From Eledone cirrhosa (lineage: Eukaryota), in assembly GCA_964016885.1 (NCBI GenBank), contig CAXHJY010000184.1, positions 310,001 to 374,000 of the forward strand: a DNA stretch of 64,000 nucleotides, read 5' to 3'. Position 1 is the stretch's first letter; each line of letters opens with the position of its first letter. Below are positions 1-12,100 of this stretch, piece after piece. The notes under the pieces are model-generated. The model did no database searches. It was not told the DNA's origin and was given only the letters and a program-made list of their open reading frames with translations. The translations under genes were made by a program, and so were the position numbers.

Positions 1-76
1 TGGAACGCAAGGGAGACTATGTTGAAAAATAAACCTCATTTGGTCACATTCCATGAGAGTATCTTTGTCAACCCTC

Positions 77-105
77 GTATCTATGCGCAATATACGTAAA
101 GATAC
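77..105. other. Imperfect hairpin just outside the left inverted repeat
   Basis: GTATCTATGCG-CAATATA-CGTAAAGATAC: 9 of 11 Watson-Crick pairs plus one G-T pair, 7-nt loop. Confidence 0.5.
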
Positions 106-114
106 AGAATTGCG

Positions 115-133
115 GGCACTACAACGCTATTAG
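115..133 (+). repeat. Left arm of perfect 19-bp inverted repeat
   Basis: GGCACTACAACGCTATTAG, exact reverse complement of 500-518. Confidence 0.95.
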
Positions 134-204
134 CTGTCATATTTGTTGGTGAAAAAAATTTGATTATAAAACTTAAATTTATGAATGACTTGTTTTCTAC
201 ATTG

Positions 205-358
205 ATAACCATGACTTGTTTTCTAATTAACTTAAATTTGTTTTCTAATTTGGCCCTTTTAAGGGCCACCTATATTTTCCTTTAAGTAACTCCACTTACA
301 TCGATATGCTTTATAACCATGACTTGTTTTCTATTTGTTTTCTAATTTGGCCCTTTTA
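205..358. repeat. Local direct duplication (205-261 recopied at 313-358 with an internal deletion)
   Basis: ATAACCATGACTTGTTTTCTA occurs at 205-225 and 313-333. TTTGTTTTCTAATTTGGCCCTTTTA occurs at 237-261 and 334-358. A third ATGACTTGTTTTCTA lies at 185-199. Confidence 0.9.
251..268. other. Short perfect inverted repeat
   Basis: TGGCCCTT-TT-AAGGGCCA, 8-bp arms with a 2-nt spacer. Confidence 0.8.
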
Positions 359-360
359 TG

Positions 361-409
361 TCTTCCCTCTCTCTCTCTCTTCCCTATCTCTCCTCTTCCC
401 TATCTCTCT
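361..409. repeat. CT-rich microsatellite / polypyrimidine tract
   Basis: (CT)n run plus two tandem copies of CTCTTCCCTATCTCTC, followed by an A-run. Confidence 0.9.
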
Positions 410-499
410 AAAAAAAACGCGTGAAAACTCCACTTACGCGTGGTAGTAATACGGAAATAAACGATGTTGACGAGTGACGTCACCTTCGCTTGTTTTCCA

Positions 500-518
500 C
501 TAATAGCGTTGTAGTGCC
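500..518 (-). repeat. Right arm of perfect 19-bp inverted repeat
   Basis: CTAATAGCGTTGTAGTGCC, exact reverse complement of 115-133. Confidence 0.95.
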
Positions 519-604
519 TATATATGTATGTATATATATGTATATACACACATATATATATATTGGATTTTAGTCTTCAAATTTATTATTATTACTATAT
601 ATAT
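519..604. repeat. Compound (TA)n/(TG)/(CA) and (TAT)n microsatellite region
   Basis: An alternating purine-pyrimidine tract at 519-562 begins immediately after the right IR arm. (TAT)n lies near 583-595 and (TA)n near 597-604. Confidence 0.9.
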
Positions 605-639
605 GGTGGCTGCCAACTCGTTTTCGAGTACGGCCACTA
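604..639. other. GC-rich hairpin abutting the satellite edge
   Basis: TGGTGGCTG (604-612) pairs with CGGCCACTA (631-639) with two G-T pairs. The inner stem ACTCG-TTTT-CGAGT spans 616-629. The hairpin ends 6-7 bp before the array. Confidence 0.75.
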
Positions 640-2137
640 CTTTATATCACTACAGGACTATAGTCTTTCCCAGTCACTACAGGACTATAGTCTTTCCCAG
701 TCACTACAGAACTATAGTCTTTCCCAGTCACTACAGGACTATAGTCTTTCCCAGTCACTACAAGACTATAGTCTTTCCCAATCACTACAGGACTATAGAC
801 TTTCCCAGTCACTACAGGACTATGGTCTTTCCCAGTCACTACAGGACTATAGTCTTTCCCAGTCACTACAAGACTATAGTCTTTCCCAGTCACTACAGGA
901 TTATAGTCTTTCCCAATCACTACAGGACTATAGTCTTTCCCAGTCACTACAGGACTATAGTCTTTCCCAGTCACTACAGGACTATAGTCTTTCCCAATCA
1001 CTACAGGACTATAATCTTTCCCAGTCACTACAGGACTATAGTCTTTCCCAGTCACTACAGGACTATAGTCTTTCCCAATCACTACAGGACTATAGTCTTT
1101 CCCAATCACTACAGGACTATAGTCTTTCCCAGTCACTACAGGACTATAGTCTTTCCCAGTCACTACAGCACTATAGTCTTTCCCAGTCACTACAGGACTA
1201 TAGTCTTTCCCAATCACTACAGGACTATAGTCTTTCCCAGTCACTACAGGACTATAGTCTTTCCCAGTCACTACAAGACTATAGTCTTTCCCAATCACTA
1301 CAGGACTATAGTCTTTCCCAATCACTACAGGACTATAGTCTTTCCCAATCACTACAAGACTATAGTCTTTCCCAGTCACTACAGGACTATAGTCTTTCCC
1401 AGTTACTACAGGACTATAGTCTTTCCCAGTCACTACAGGACTATAGTCTTTTCCAGTCACTACAGGACTATAGTCTTTCCCAGTCACTACAGGACTATAG
1501 TCTTTCCCAGTCACTACAGGACTATAGTCTTTCCCAGTCACTACAGGGCTATAGTCTTTCCCAGTCACTACAGGACTATAGTCTTTCCCAATCACTACAG
1601 GACTATATTCTTTCCCAGTCACTACAGGACTATAGTCTTTCCCAGTCACTACAGGACTATAGTCTTTCCCAGTCACTACAGGACTATAGTCTTTCCCAGT
1701 CACTACAGGACTATAGTCTTTCCCAATCACTACAGGACTATAGTCTTTCCCAGTCACTACAGGACTACATTCTTTCCCAGTCACTACAGGACTATAGTCT
1801 TTCCCAATCACTACAGGACTATAGTCTTTCCCAGTCACTACAGGACTACATTCTTTCCCAGTCACTACAGGACTATAGACTTTCCCAGTCACTACAGGAC
1901 TATAGTCTTTCCCAGTCACTACAGGACTATAGTCTTTCCCAGTCACTACAGGACTATAGTCTTTCCCAATCACTACAGGACTATAGTCTTTCCCAGTCAC
2001 TACAGGACTACATTCTTTCCCAGTCACTACAGGACTATAGTCTTTCCCAATCACCACAGGACTATAGTCTTTCCCAGTCACTACAGGACTATAGTCTTTC
2101 CCAGTCACTACAAGACTATAGTCTTTCCTAGTCACTA

Positions 2138-2164
2138 CAAGACTATAGTCTTGCCCAGTCAGTC
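2138..2164. repeat. First of 30 landmark 31-bp monomers (CAAGACTATAGTCTTGCCCAGTCAGTC)
   Basis: Combines T>G with a 4-bp CAGT duplication. The other copies coincide with the minus-strand ORF ends reading TDWARL at 3551, 4338, 7581, 11765, 13362, 18378, 19840, 21273, 22060, 23954, 24633, 26067, 26854, 28667, 29454, 32319, 34940, 38827, 42233, 43965, 48829, 50560, 54020, 55455, 56971, 57758, 58653, 60169 and 62171. Confidence 0.95.
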
Positions 2165-5100
2165 ACTACAGGACTATAGTCTTTTCCAGTCACTACAGGA
2201 CTATAGTCTTTCCCAGTCACTACAGGACTATAGTCTTTCCCAGTCACTACAGGACTATAGTCTTTCCCAGTCACTACAGGACTATAGTCTTTCCCAGTCA
2301 CTACAGGACTATAGTCTTTCCCAATCACTACAGGACTACATTCTTTCCCAGTCACTACAGGACTATAGTCTTTCCCAGTCACTACAGGACTATAGTCTTT
2401 CCCAGTCACTACAGGACTATAGTCTTTCCCAGTCACTACAGGACTATAGTTTTTCCCAGTCACTACAGGACTATAGTCTTTCCCAATCACTACAGGACTA
2501 TAGTCTTTCCCAATCACTACAGGACTATAGTCTTTCCCAGTCACTACAAGACTATAGTCTTTCGCAGTCACTACAGGACTATAGTCTTTCCCAATCACTA
2601 CAGGACTATAGTCTTTCCCAGTCACTACAGGACTATAGTCTTTCCCAGTCACTACAGGACTATAGTCTTTCCCAGTCACTACAGGACTATAGTCTTTCCC
2701 AGTCACTACAGGACTATAGTCTTTCCCAGTCACTACAGGACTATAGTCTTTCCCAGTCACTACAGGACTATAGTCTTTCCCAGTCACTACAGGACTATAG
2801 TCTTTCCCAGTCACTACAGGACTATAGTCTTTCCCAATCACTACAGGACTACATTCTTTCCCAGTCACTACAGGACTATAGTCTTTCCCAGTCACTACAG
2901 GACTATAGTCTTTCCCAGTCACTACAGGACTATAGTCTTTCCCAGTCACTACAGGACTATAGTTTTTCCCAGTCACTACAGGACTATAGTCTTTCCCAAT
3001 CACTACAGGACTATAGTCTTTCCCAATCACTACAGGACTATAGTCTTTCCCAGTCACTACAAGACTATAGTCTTTCTCAGTCACTACAGGACTATAGTCT
3101 TTCCCAATCACTACAGGACTATAGTCTTTCCCAGTCACTACAGGACTATAGTCTTTCCCAGTCACTACAGGACTATAGTCTTTCCCAGTCACTACAGGAC
3201 TATAGTCTGTCCCAGTCACTACAGGACTACTTTCTTTCCCAGTCACTACAGGACTATAGTCTTTCCCAATCACTACAGGACTATAGTCTTTCCCAGTCAC
3301 TACAGGACTATAGTCTTTCCCAGTCACTACAGGACTATAGTCTTTCCCAATCACTACAGGACTATAGTCTTTCCCAGTCACTACAGGACTACATTCTTTC
3401 CCAGTCACTACAGGACTATAGTCTTTCCCAATCACCACAGGACTATAGTCTTTCCCAGTCACTACAGGACTATAGTCTTTCCCAATCACTACAGGACTAT
3501 AGTCTTTCCCAGTCACTACAAGACTATAGTCTTTCCTAGTCACTACAAGACTATAGTCTTGCCCAGTCAGTCACTACAGGACTATAGTCTTTTCCAGTCA
3601 CTACAGGACTATAGTCTTTCCCAGTCACTACAGGACTATAGTCTTTCCCAGTCACTACAGGACTATAGTCTTTCCCAGTCACTACAGGACTATAGTCTTT
3701 CCCAGTCACTACAGGACTATAGTCTTTCCCAATCACTACAGGACTACATTCTTTCCCAGTCACTACAGGACTATAGTCTTTCCCAGTCACTACAGGACTA
3801 TAGTCTTTCCCAGTCACTACAGGACTATAGTCTTTCCCAATCACTACAGGACTATAGTCTTTCCCAATCACTACAGGATTATAGTCTTTCCCAGTCACTA
3901 CAAGACTATAGTCTTTCCCAGTCACTACAGGACTATAGTCTTTCCCAATCACTACAGGACTATAGTCTTTCCCAGTCACTACAGGACTATAGTCTTTCCC
4001 AGTCACTACAGGACTATAGTCTTTCCCAGTCACTACAGGACTATAGTCTTTCCCAGTCACTACAGGACTACATTCTTTCCCAGTCACTCCAGGACTATAG
4101 TCTTTCCCAATCACTACAGGACTATAGTCTTTCCCAGTCACTACAGGACTATAGTCTTTCCCAGTCACTACAGGACTACATTCTTTCCCAGTCACTACAG
4201 GACTATAGTCTTTCCCAATCACCACAGGACTATAGTCTTTCCCAGTCACTACAGGACTATAGTCTTTCCCAATCACTACAGGACTATAGTCTTTCCCAGT
4301 CACTACAAGACTATAGTCTTTCCTAGTCACTACAAGACTATAGTCTTGCCCAGTCAGTCACTACAGGACTATAGTCTTTTCCAGTCACTACAGGACTATA
4401 GTCTTTCCCAGTCACTACAGGACTATAGTCTTTCCCAGTCACTACAGGACTATAGTCTTTCCCAGTCACTACAGGACTATAGTCTTTCCCAGTCACTACA
4501 GGACTATAGTCTTTCCCAATCACTACAGGACTACATTCTTTCCCAGTCACTACAGGACTATAGTCTTTCCCAGTCACTACAGGACTATAGTCTTTCCCAG
4601 TCACAACAGGACTATAGTCTTTCCCAGTCACTACAGGACTATAGTTTTTCCCAGTCACTACAGGACTATAGTCTTTCCCAATCACTACAGGACTATAATC
4701 TTTCCCAATCACTACAGGACTATAGTCTTTCCCAGTCACTACAAGACTATAGTCTTTCCCAGTCACTACAGGACTATAGTCTTTCCCAATCACTACAGGA
4801 CTATAGTCTTTCCCAGTCACTACAGGACTATAGTCTTTCCCAGTCACTACAGGACTATAGTCTTTCCCAGTCACTACAGGACTATAGTCTTTCCCAGTCA
4901 CTACAGGACTATAGTCTTTCCCAATCACTACAAGACTATAGTCTTTCCCAGTCACTACAGGACTATAGTCTTTCCCAATCACTACAGGACTATAGTCTTT
5001 CCCAGTCACTACAGGACTATAGTCTTTCCCAGTCACTACAGGACTATAGTCTTTCCCAGTCACTACAGGACTACATTCTTTCCCAGTCACTACAGGACTA

Positions 5101-8100
5101 TAGTCTTTCCCAATCACTACAGGTCTATAGTCTTTCCCAGTCACTACAGGACTACATTCTTTCCCAGTCACTACAGGACTATAGTCTTTCCCAGTCACTA
5201 CAGGACTATAGTCTTTCCCAGTCACTACAGGACTATAGTCTTTCCCAGTCACTACAGGACTACATTCTTTCCCAGTCACTACAGGACTATAGTCTTTCCC
5301 AATCACTACAGGTCTATAGTCTTTCCCAGTCACTACAGGACTACATTCTTTCCCAGTCACTACAGGACTATAGTCTTTCCCAGTCACTACAGGACTATAG
5401 TCTTCCCCAGTCACTACAGGACTATAGTCTTTCCCAGTCACTACAGGACTATAGTCTTTCCCAATCACTACAGGACTATAGTCTTTCCCAGTCACTACAG
5501 GACTATAGTCTTTCCCAATCACTACAGGACTATAGTCCTTCCCAGTCACTACAGGACTATAGTCTTTCCCAATCACTACAGGACTATAGTCTTTCCCAGT
5601 CACTACAGGACTATAGTCTTTCCCAGTCACTACAAGACTATAGTCTTTCCCAGTCACTACAGGATTATAGTCTTTCCCAATCACTACAGGACTATAGTCT
5701 TTCCCAGTCACTACAGGACTATAGTCTTTCCCAATCACTACAGGACTATAGTCTTTCCCAGTCACTACAGGACTATAGTCTTTCCCAATCACTACAGGAC
5801 TATAGTCTTCCCCAGTCACTACAGGACTATAGTCTTTCCCAGTCACTACAGGACTATAGTCTTTCCCAATCACTACAGGACTACATTCTTTCCCAGTCAC
5901 TACAGGACTATAGTCTTCCCCAGTCACTACAGGACTATAGTCTTTCCCAGTCACTACAGGACTATAGTCTTTCCCAATCACTACAGGACTATAGTCTTTC
6001 CCAGTCACTACAGGACTATAGTCTTTCCCAATCACTACAGGACTATAGTCTTTCCCAGTCACTACAGGACTATAGTCTTTCCCAATCACTACAGGACTAT
6101 AGTCTTTCCCAGTCACTACAGGACTATAGTCTTTCCCAGTCACTACAAGACTATAGTCTTTCCCAGTCACTACAGGATTATAGTCTTTCCCAATCACTAC
6201 AGGACTATAGTCTTTCCCAGTCACTACAGGACTATAGTCTTTCCCAGTCACTACAGGACTATAGTCTTTCCCAATCACTACAGGACTATAGTCTTTCCCA
6301 GTCACTACAGGACTATAGTCTTTCCCAGTCACTACAGGACTATAGTCTTTCCCAATCACTACAGGACTATAGTCTTTCCCAGTCACTACAGGACTATAGT
6401 CTTTCCCAGTCACTACAGGACTATAGTCTTTCCCAGTCACTACAGGACTATAGTCTTTCCCAGTCACTACAGGACTATAGTCTTTCCCAGTCACTACAAG
6501 ACTATAGTCTTTCCCAATCACTACAGGACTATAGTCTTTCCCAATCACTACAGGACTATAGTCTTTCCCAATCACTATAAGACTATAGTCTTTCCCAGTC
6601 ACTACAGGACTATAGTCTTTCCAATCACTACAGGACTATAGTCTTTCCCAGTCAGTACAGGACTATAGTCTTTCCCAATCACTACAGGACTATAGTCTTT
6701 CCCAGTCACTACAGGACTACATCCTTTCCCAGTCACTACAGGACTATAGTCTTTCCCAGTCACTACAGGACTATAGTCTTTCCCAATCACTACAGGACTA
6801 TAGTCTTTCCCAGTCACTACAGGACTACATCCTTTCCCAGTCACTACAGGACTATAGTCTTTCCCAATCACTACAAGACTATAGACTTTCCCAGACACTA
6901 CAGGACTATAGTCTTTCCCAGTTACTACAGGACTATAGTCTTTCCCAATCACTACAGGACTATAGTCTTTCCCAGTCACTACAAGACTATAGTCTTTCCC
7001 AGTCACTACAGGATTATAGTCTTTCCCAATCACTACAGGACTATAGTCTTTCCCAGTCACTACAGGACTATAGTCTTTCCCAGTCACTACAGGACTATAG
7101 TCTTTCCCAATCACTACAGGACTATAGTCTTTCCCAGTCACTACAGGACTATAGTCTTTCACAGTCACTACAGGACTATAGTCTTTCCCAATCACTACAG
7201 GACTACATTCTTTCCGAGTCACTACAGGACTATAGTCTTTCCCAGTCACTACAGGACTATAGTCTTTCCCAATCACTACAGGACTATAGTCTTTCCCAGT
7301 CACTACAGGACTACATTCTTTCCCAGTCACTACAGGACTATAGTCTTTCCCAGTCACTACAGGACTATAGTCTTTCCCAATCACTACAGGACTATAGTCT
7401 TTCCCAGTCACTACAGGACTACATTCTTTCCCAGTCACTACAGGACTATAGTCTTTCCCAATCACCACAGGACTATAGTCTTTCCCAGTCACTACAGGAC
7501 TATAGTCTTTCCCAATCACTACAGGACTATAGTCTTTCCCAGTCACTACAAGACTATAGTCTTTCCCAGTCACTACAAGACTATAGTCTTGCCCAGTCAG
7601 TCACTACAGGACTATAGTCTTTTCCAGTCACTGCAGGACTATAGTCTTTCCCAGTCACTACAGGACTATAGTCTTTCCCAGTCACTAGAGGACTATAGTC
7701 TTTCCCAGTCACTACAAGACTATAGTCTTTCCCAATCACTACAGGACTATAGTCTTTCCCAGTCACTACAGGACTATAGTCTTTCCCAGTCACTACAGGA
7801 CTATAGTCTTTCCCAGTCACTACAGGACTATAGTCTTTCCCAGTCACTACAGGACTATAGTCTTTCCCAGTCACTACAAGACTATAGTCTTTCCCAGTCA
7901 CTACAGGATTATAGTCTTTCCCAATCACTACAGGACTATAGTCTTTCCCAGTCACTACAGGACTATAGTCTTTCCCAGTCACTACAGGACTATAGTCTTT
8001 CCCAATCACTACAGGACTATAGTCTTTCCCAATCACTACAGGACTATAGTCTTTCCCAGTCACTACAGGACTATAGTCTTTCCCAGTCACTACAGCACTA

Positions 8101-9160
8101 TAGTCTTTCCCAGTCACTACAGGACTATAGTCTTTCCCAATCACTACAGGACTATAGTCTTTCCCAGTCACTACAGCACTATAGTCTTTCCCAGTCACTA
8201 CAGGACTATAGTCTTTCCCAGTCACTACAGGACTATAGTCTTTCCCAGTCACTACAAGACTATAGTCTTTCCCAATCACTACAGGACTATAGTCTTTCCC
8301 AATCACTACAGGACTATAGTCTTTCCCAATCACTACAAGACTATAGTCTTTCCCAGTCACTACAGGACTATAGTCTTTCCCAGTTACTACAGGACTACAT
8401 TCTTTCCCAGTCACTACAGGACTATAGTCTTTCCCAATCACTACAGGACTATAGTCTTTCCCAGTCACTACAGGACTACATTCTTTCCCAGTCACTACAG
8501 GACTATAGTCTTTCCCAATCACTACAGGACTATAGTCTTTCCCAGTCACTACAGGACTACATTCTTTCCCAGTCACTACAGGACTATAGTCTTTCCCAGT
8601 CACTACAGGACTATAGTCTTTCCCAGTCACTACAGGACTATAGTCTTTCCCAGTCACTGCAGGACTATAGTCTTTCCCAATCACTACAGGACTATAGTCT
8701 TTCCCAGTCACTACAGGACTACATTCTTTCCCAGTCACTACAGGACTATAGTCTTTCCCAATCACCACAGGACTATAGTCTTTCCCAGTCACTACAGGAC
8801 TATAGTCTTTCCCAATCACCACAGGACTATAGTCGTTCCCAGTCACTACAGTACTATAGTCTTTCCCAATCACTACAGGACTATAGTCTTTCCCAGTCAC
8901 TACAGGACTATAGACTTTCCCAATCACTACAAGACTATAGTCTTTCCCAGTCACTACAGGACTATAGTCTTTCCCAGTCACTACAGGACTATAGTCTTTC
9001 CCAGTCACTACAGAACTATAGTCTTTCCCAGTCACTACAGGACTATAGTCTTTCCCAGTCACTACAGGACTATAGTCTTTCCCAGTCACTACAGGACTAT
9101 AGTCTTTCCCAGTCACTACAGGACTATAGTATTTCCCAGTCACTACAGGACTATAGTCTT

Positions 9161-9175
9161 TCCCAGACAGGACTA
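9161..9175. repeat. 22-bp deletion monomer (loss of TCACT), first of four copies
   Basis: CCCAG-ACAGG junctions at 9166/9167, 14569/14570, 15779/15780 and 36687/36688. Landmark spacings modulo 27 confirm -5 bp each. Confidence 0.9.
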
Positions 9176-12100
9176 CAGGCTTTCCCAGTCACTACAGGAC
9201 TATAGTCTTTCCCAGTCACTACAGGACTATAGTCTTTCCCAGTCACTACAGGACTATAGTCTTTCCCAATCACTACAGGACTATAGTCTTTCCCAATCAC
9301 TACAGGACTATAGTCTTTCCCAGTCACTGCAGGACTATAGTCTTTCCCAATCACTACAGGACTATAGTCTTTCCCAATCACTACAGGACTATAGTCATTC
9401 CCAGTCACTACAAGACTATAGTCTTTCCCAATCACTACAGGACTATAGTCTTTCCCAATCACTACAGGACTATAGTCTTTCCCAGTCACTACAGGACTAT
9501 AGTCTTTCCCAGTCACTACAGGACTATAGTCTTTCCCAGTCACTACAGGACTATAGTCTTTCCCAGTCACTACAGGACTACATTCTTTCCCAGTCACTAC
9601 AGGACTATAGTCTTTCCCAGTCACTAGAGGACTATAGTCTTTCCCAGTCACTACAGGACTATAGTCTTTCCCAGTCACTACAAGACTATAGTCTTCCCCA
9701 GTCACTACAGGACTATAGTCTTTCCCAATCACTAGAGGACTATAGTCTTTCCCAGTCACTACAGGACTATAGTCTTTCCCAGTCACTACAGGACTATAGT
9801 CTTTCCCAGTCACTACAGGACTATAGTATTTCCCAGTCACTACAGGACTATAGTCTTTCCCAGTCACTACAGGACTATAGTCTTTCTCAGTCACTACAGG
9901 ACTATAGTCTTTCCCAATCACTACAGGACTATAGTCTTTCCCAGTCACTACAGGACTATAGTCTTTCCCAGTCACTACAGAACTATAGTCTTTCCCAGTC
10001 ACTACAGGACTATAGTCTTTCCCAATCACTACAGGTCTATAGACTTTCCCAATCACTACAGGACTATAGACTTTCCCAGTCACTACAGGACTATGGTCTT
10101 TCCCAGTCACTACAGGACTATAGTCTTTCCCAGTCACTACAAGACTATAGTCTTTCCCAGTCACTACAGGATTATAGTCTTTCCCAATCACTACAGGACT
10201 ATAGTCTTTCCCAGTCACTACAGGACTATAGTCTTTCCCAATCACTACAGGACTATAGTCTTTCCCAGTCACTACAGGACTATAGTCTTTCCCAGTCACT
10301 ACAGAACTATAGTCTTTCCCAGTCACTACAGGACTATAGTCTTTCCCAGTCACTACAAGACTATAGTCTTTCCCAATCACTACAGGACTATAGACTTTCC
10401 CAGTCACTACAGGACTATGGTCTTTCCCAGTCACTACAGGACTATAGTCTTTCCCAGTCACTACAAGACTATAGTCTTTCCCAGTCACTACAGGATTATA
10501 GTCTTTCCCAATCACTACAGGACTATAGTCTTTCCCAGTCACTACAGGACTATAGTCTTTCCCAGTCACTACAGGACTATAGTCTTTCCCAATCACTACA
10601 GGACTATAATCTTTCCCAGTCACTACAGGACTATAGTCTTTCCCAGTCACTACAGGACTATAGTCTTTCCCAATCACTACAGGACTATAGTCTTTCCCAA
10701 TCACTACAGGACTATAGTCTTTCCCAGTCACTACAGGACTATAGATTTTCCCAGTCACTACAGCACTATAGTCTTTCCCAGTCACTACAGGACTATAGTC
10801 TTTCCCAATCACTACAGGACTATAGTCTTTCCCAGTCACTACAGGACTATAGTCTTTCCCAGTCACTACAAGACTATAGTCTTTCCCAATCACTACAGGA
10901 CTATAGTCTTTCCCAATCACTACAGGACTATAGTCTTTCCCAATCACTACAAGACTATAGTCTTTCCCAGTCACTACAGGACTATAGTCTTTCCCAGTTA
11001 CTACAGGACTATAGTCTTTCCCAGTCACTACAGGACTATAGTCTTTTCCAGTCACTACAGGACTATAGTCTTTCCCAGTCACTACAGGACTATAGTCTTT
11101 CCCAGTCACTACAGGACTATAGTCTTTCCCAGTCACTACAGGGCTATAGTCTTTCCCAGTCACTACAGGACTATAGTCTTTCCCAATCACTACAGGACTA
11201 TATTCTTTCCCAGTCACTACAGGACTATAGTCTTTCCCAGTCACTACAGGACTATAGTCTTTCCCAGTCACTACAGGACTATAGTCTTTCCCAGTCACTA
11301 CAGGACTATAGTCTTTCCCAATCACTACAGGACTATAGTCTTTCCCAGTCACTACAGGACTACATTCTTTCCCAGTCACTACAGGACTATAGTCTTTCCC
11401 AATCACTACAGGACTATAGTCTTTCCCAGTCACTACAGGACTACATTCTTTCCCAGTCACTACAGGACTATAGTCTTTCCCAGTCACTACAGGACTATAG
11501 TCTTTCCCAGTCACTACAGGACTATAGTCTTTCCCAGTCACTACAGGACTATAGTCTTTCCCAATCACTACAGGACTATAGTCTTTCCCAGTCACTACAG
11601 GACTACATTCTTTCCCAGTCACTACAGGACTATAGTCTTTCCCAATCACCACAGGACTATAGTCTTTCCCCGTCACTACAGGACTATAGTCTTTCCCAAT
11701 CACTACAGGACTATAGTCTTTCCCAGTCACTACAAGACTATAGTCTTTCCTAGTCACTACAAGACTATAGTCTTGCCCAGTCAGTCACTACAGGACTATA
11801 GTCTTTTCCAGTCACTACAGGACTATAGTCTTTCCAAGTCACTACAGGACTATAGTCTTTCCCAGTCACTACAGGACTATAGTCTTTCCCAGTCACTACA
11901 GGACTATAGTCTTTCCCAGTCACTACAGGACTATAGTCTTTCCCAATCACTACAGGACTACATTCTTTCCCAGTCACTACAGGACTATAGTCTTTCCCAG
12001 TCACTACAGGACTATAGTCTTTCCCAGTCACTACAGGACTATAGTCTTTCCCAGTCACTACAGGACTATAGTCTTTCCCAGTCACTACAGGACTATAGTC

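Larger units (their letters stand above)
115..518. mobile_element. Putative non-autonomous DNA transposon (MITE-like or Helentron-type subterminal IR element)
   Basis: GGCACTACAACGCTATTAG (115-133) and its exact reverse complement CTAATAGCGTTGTAGTGCC (500-518) enclose about 366 bp of non-coding AT-rich DNA with internal duplications and a microsatellite. No target-site duplication is visible, so the family is unassigned. Confidence 0.55.

Noticed and set aside
81-269. 62-aa minus-strand ORF
   Set aside because: Short, low-complexity, crosses an IR arm and duplicated segments, and shows no recognisable motif.
117-516. CACTA (En/Spm) transposon call
   Set aside because: Ends read CACTA...TAGTG, but the flanks GGG and CCT are not a direct 2-3-bp TSD and no transposase is present.
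604-645. Rho-independent terminator or canonical Helitron 3' end
   Set aside because: There is no upstream gene and only a short T-tract, and no CTRR terminus follows the hairpin (CTAC/CTTT instead). Kept only as a generic hairpin.
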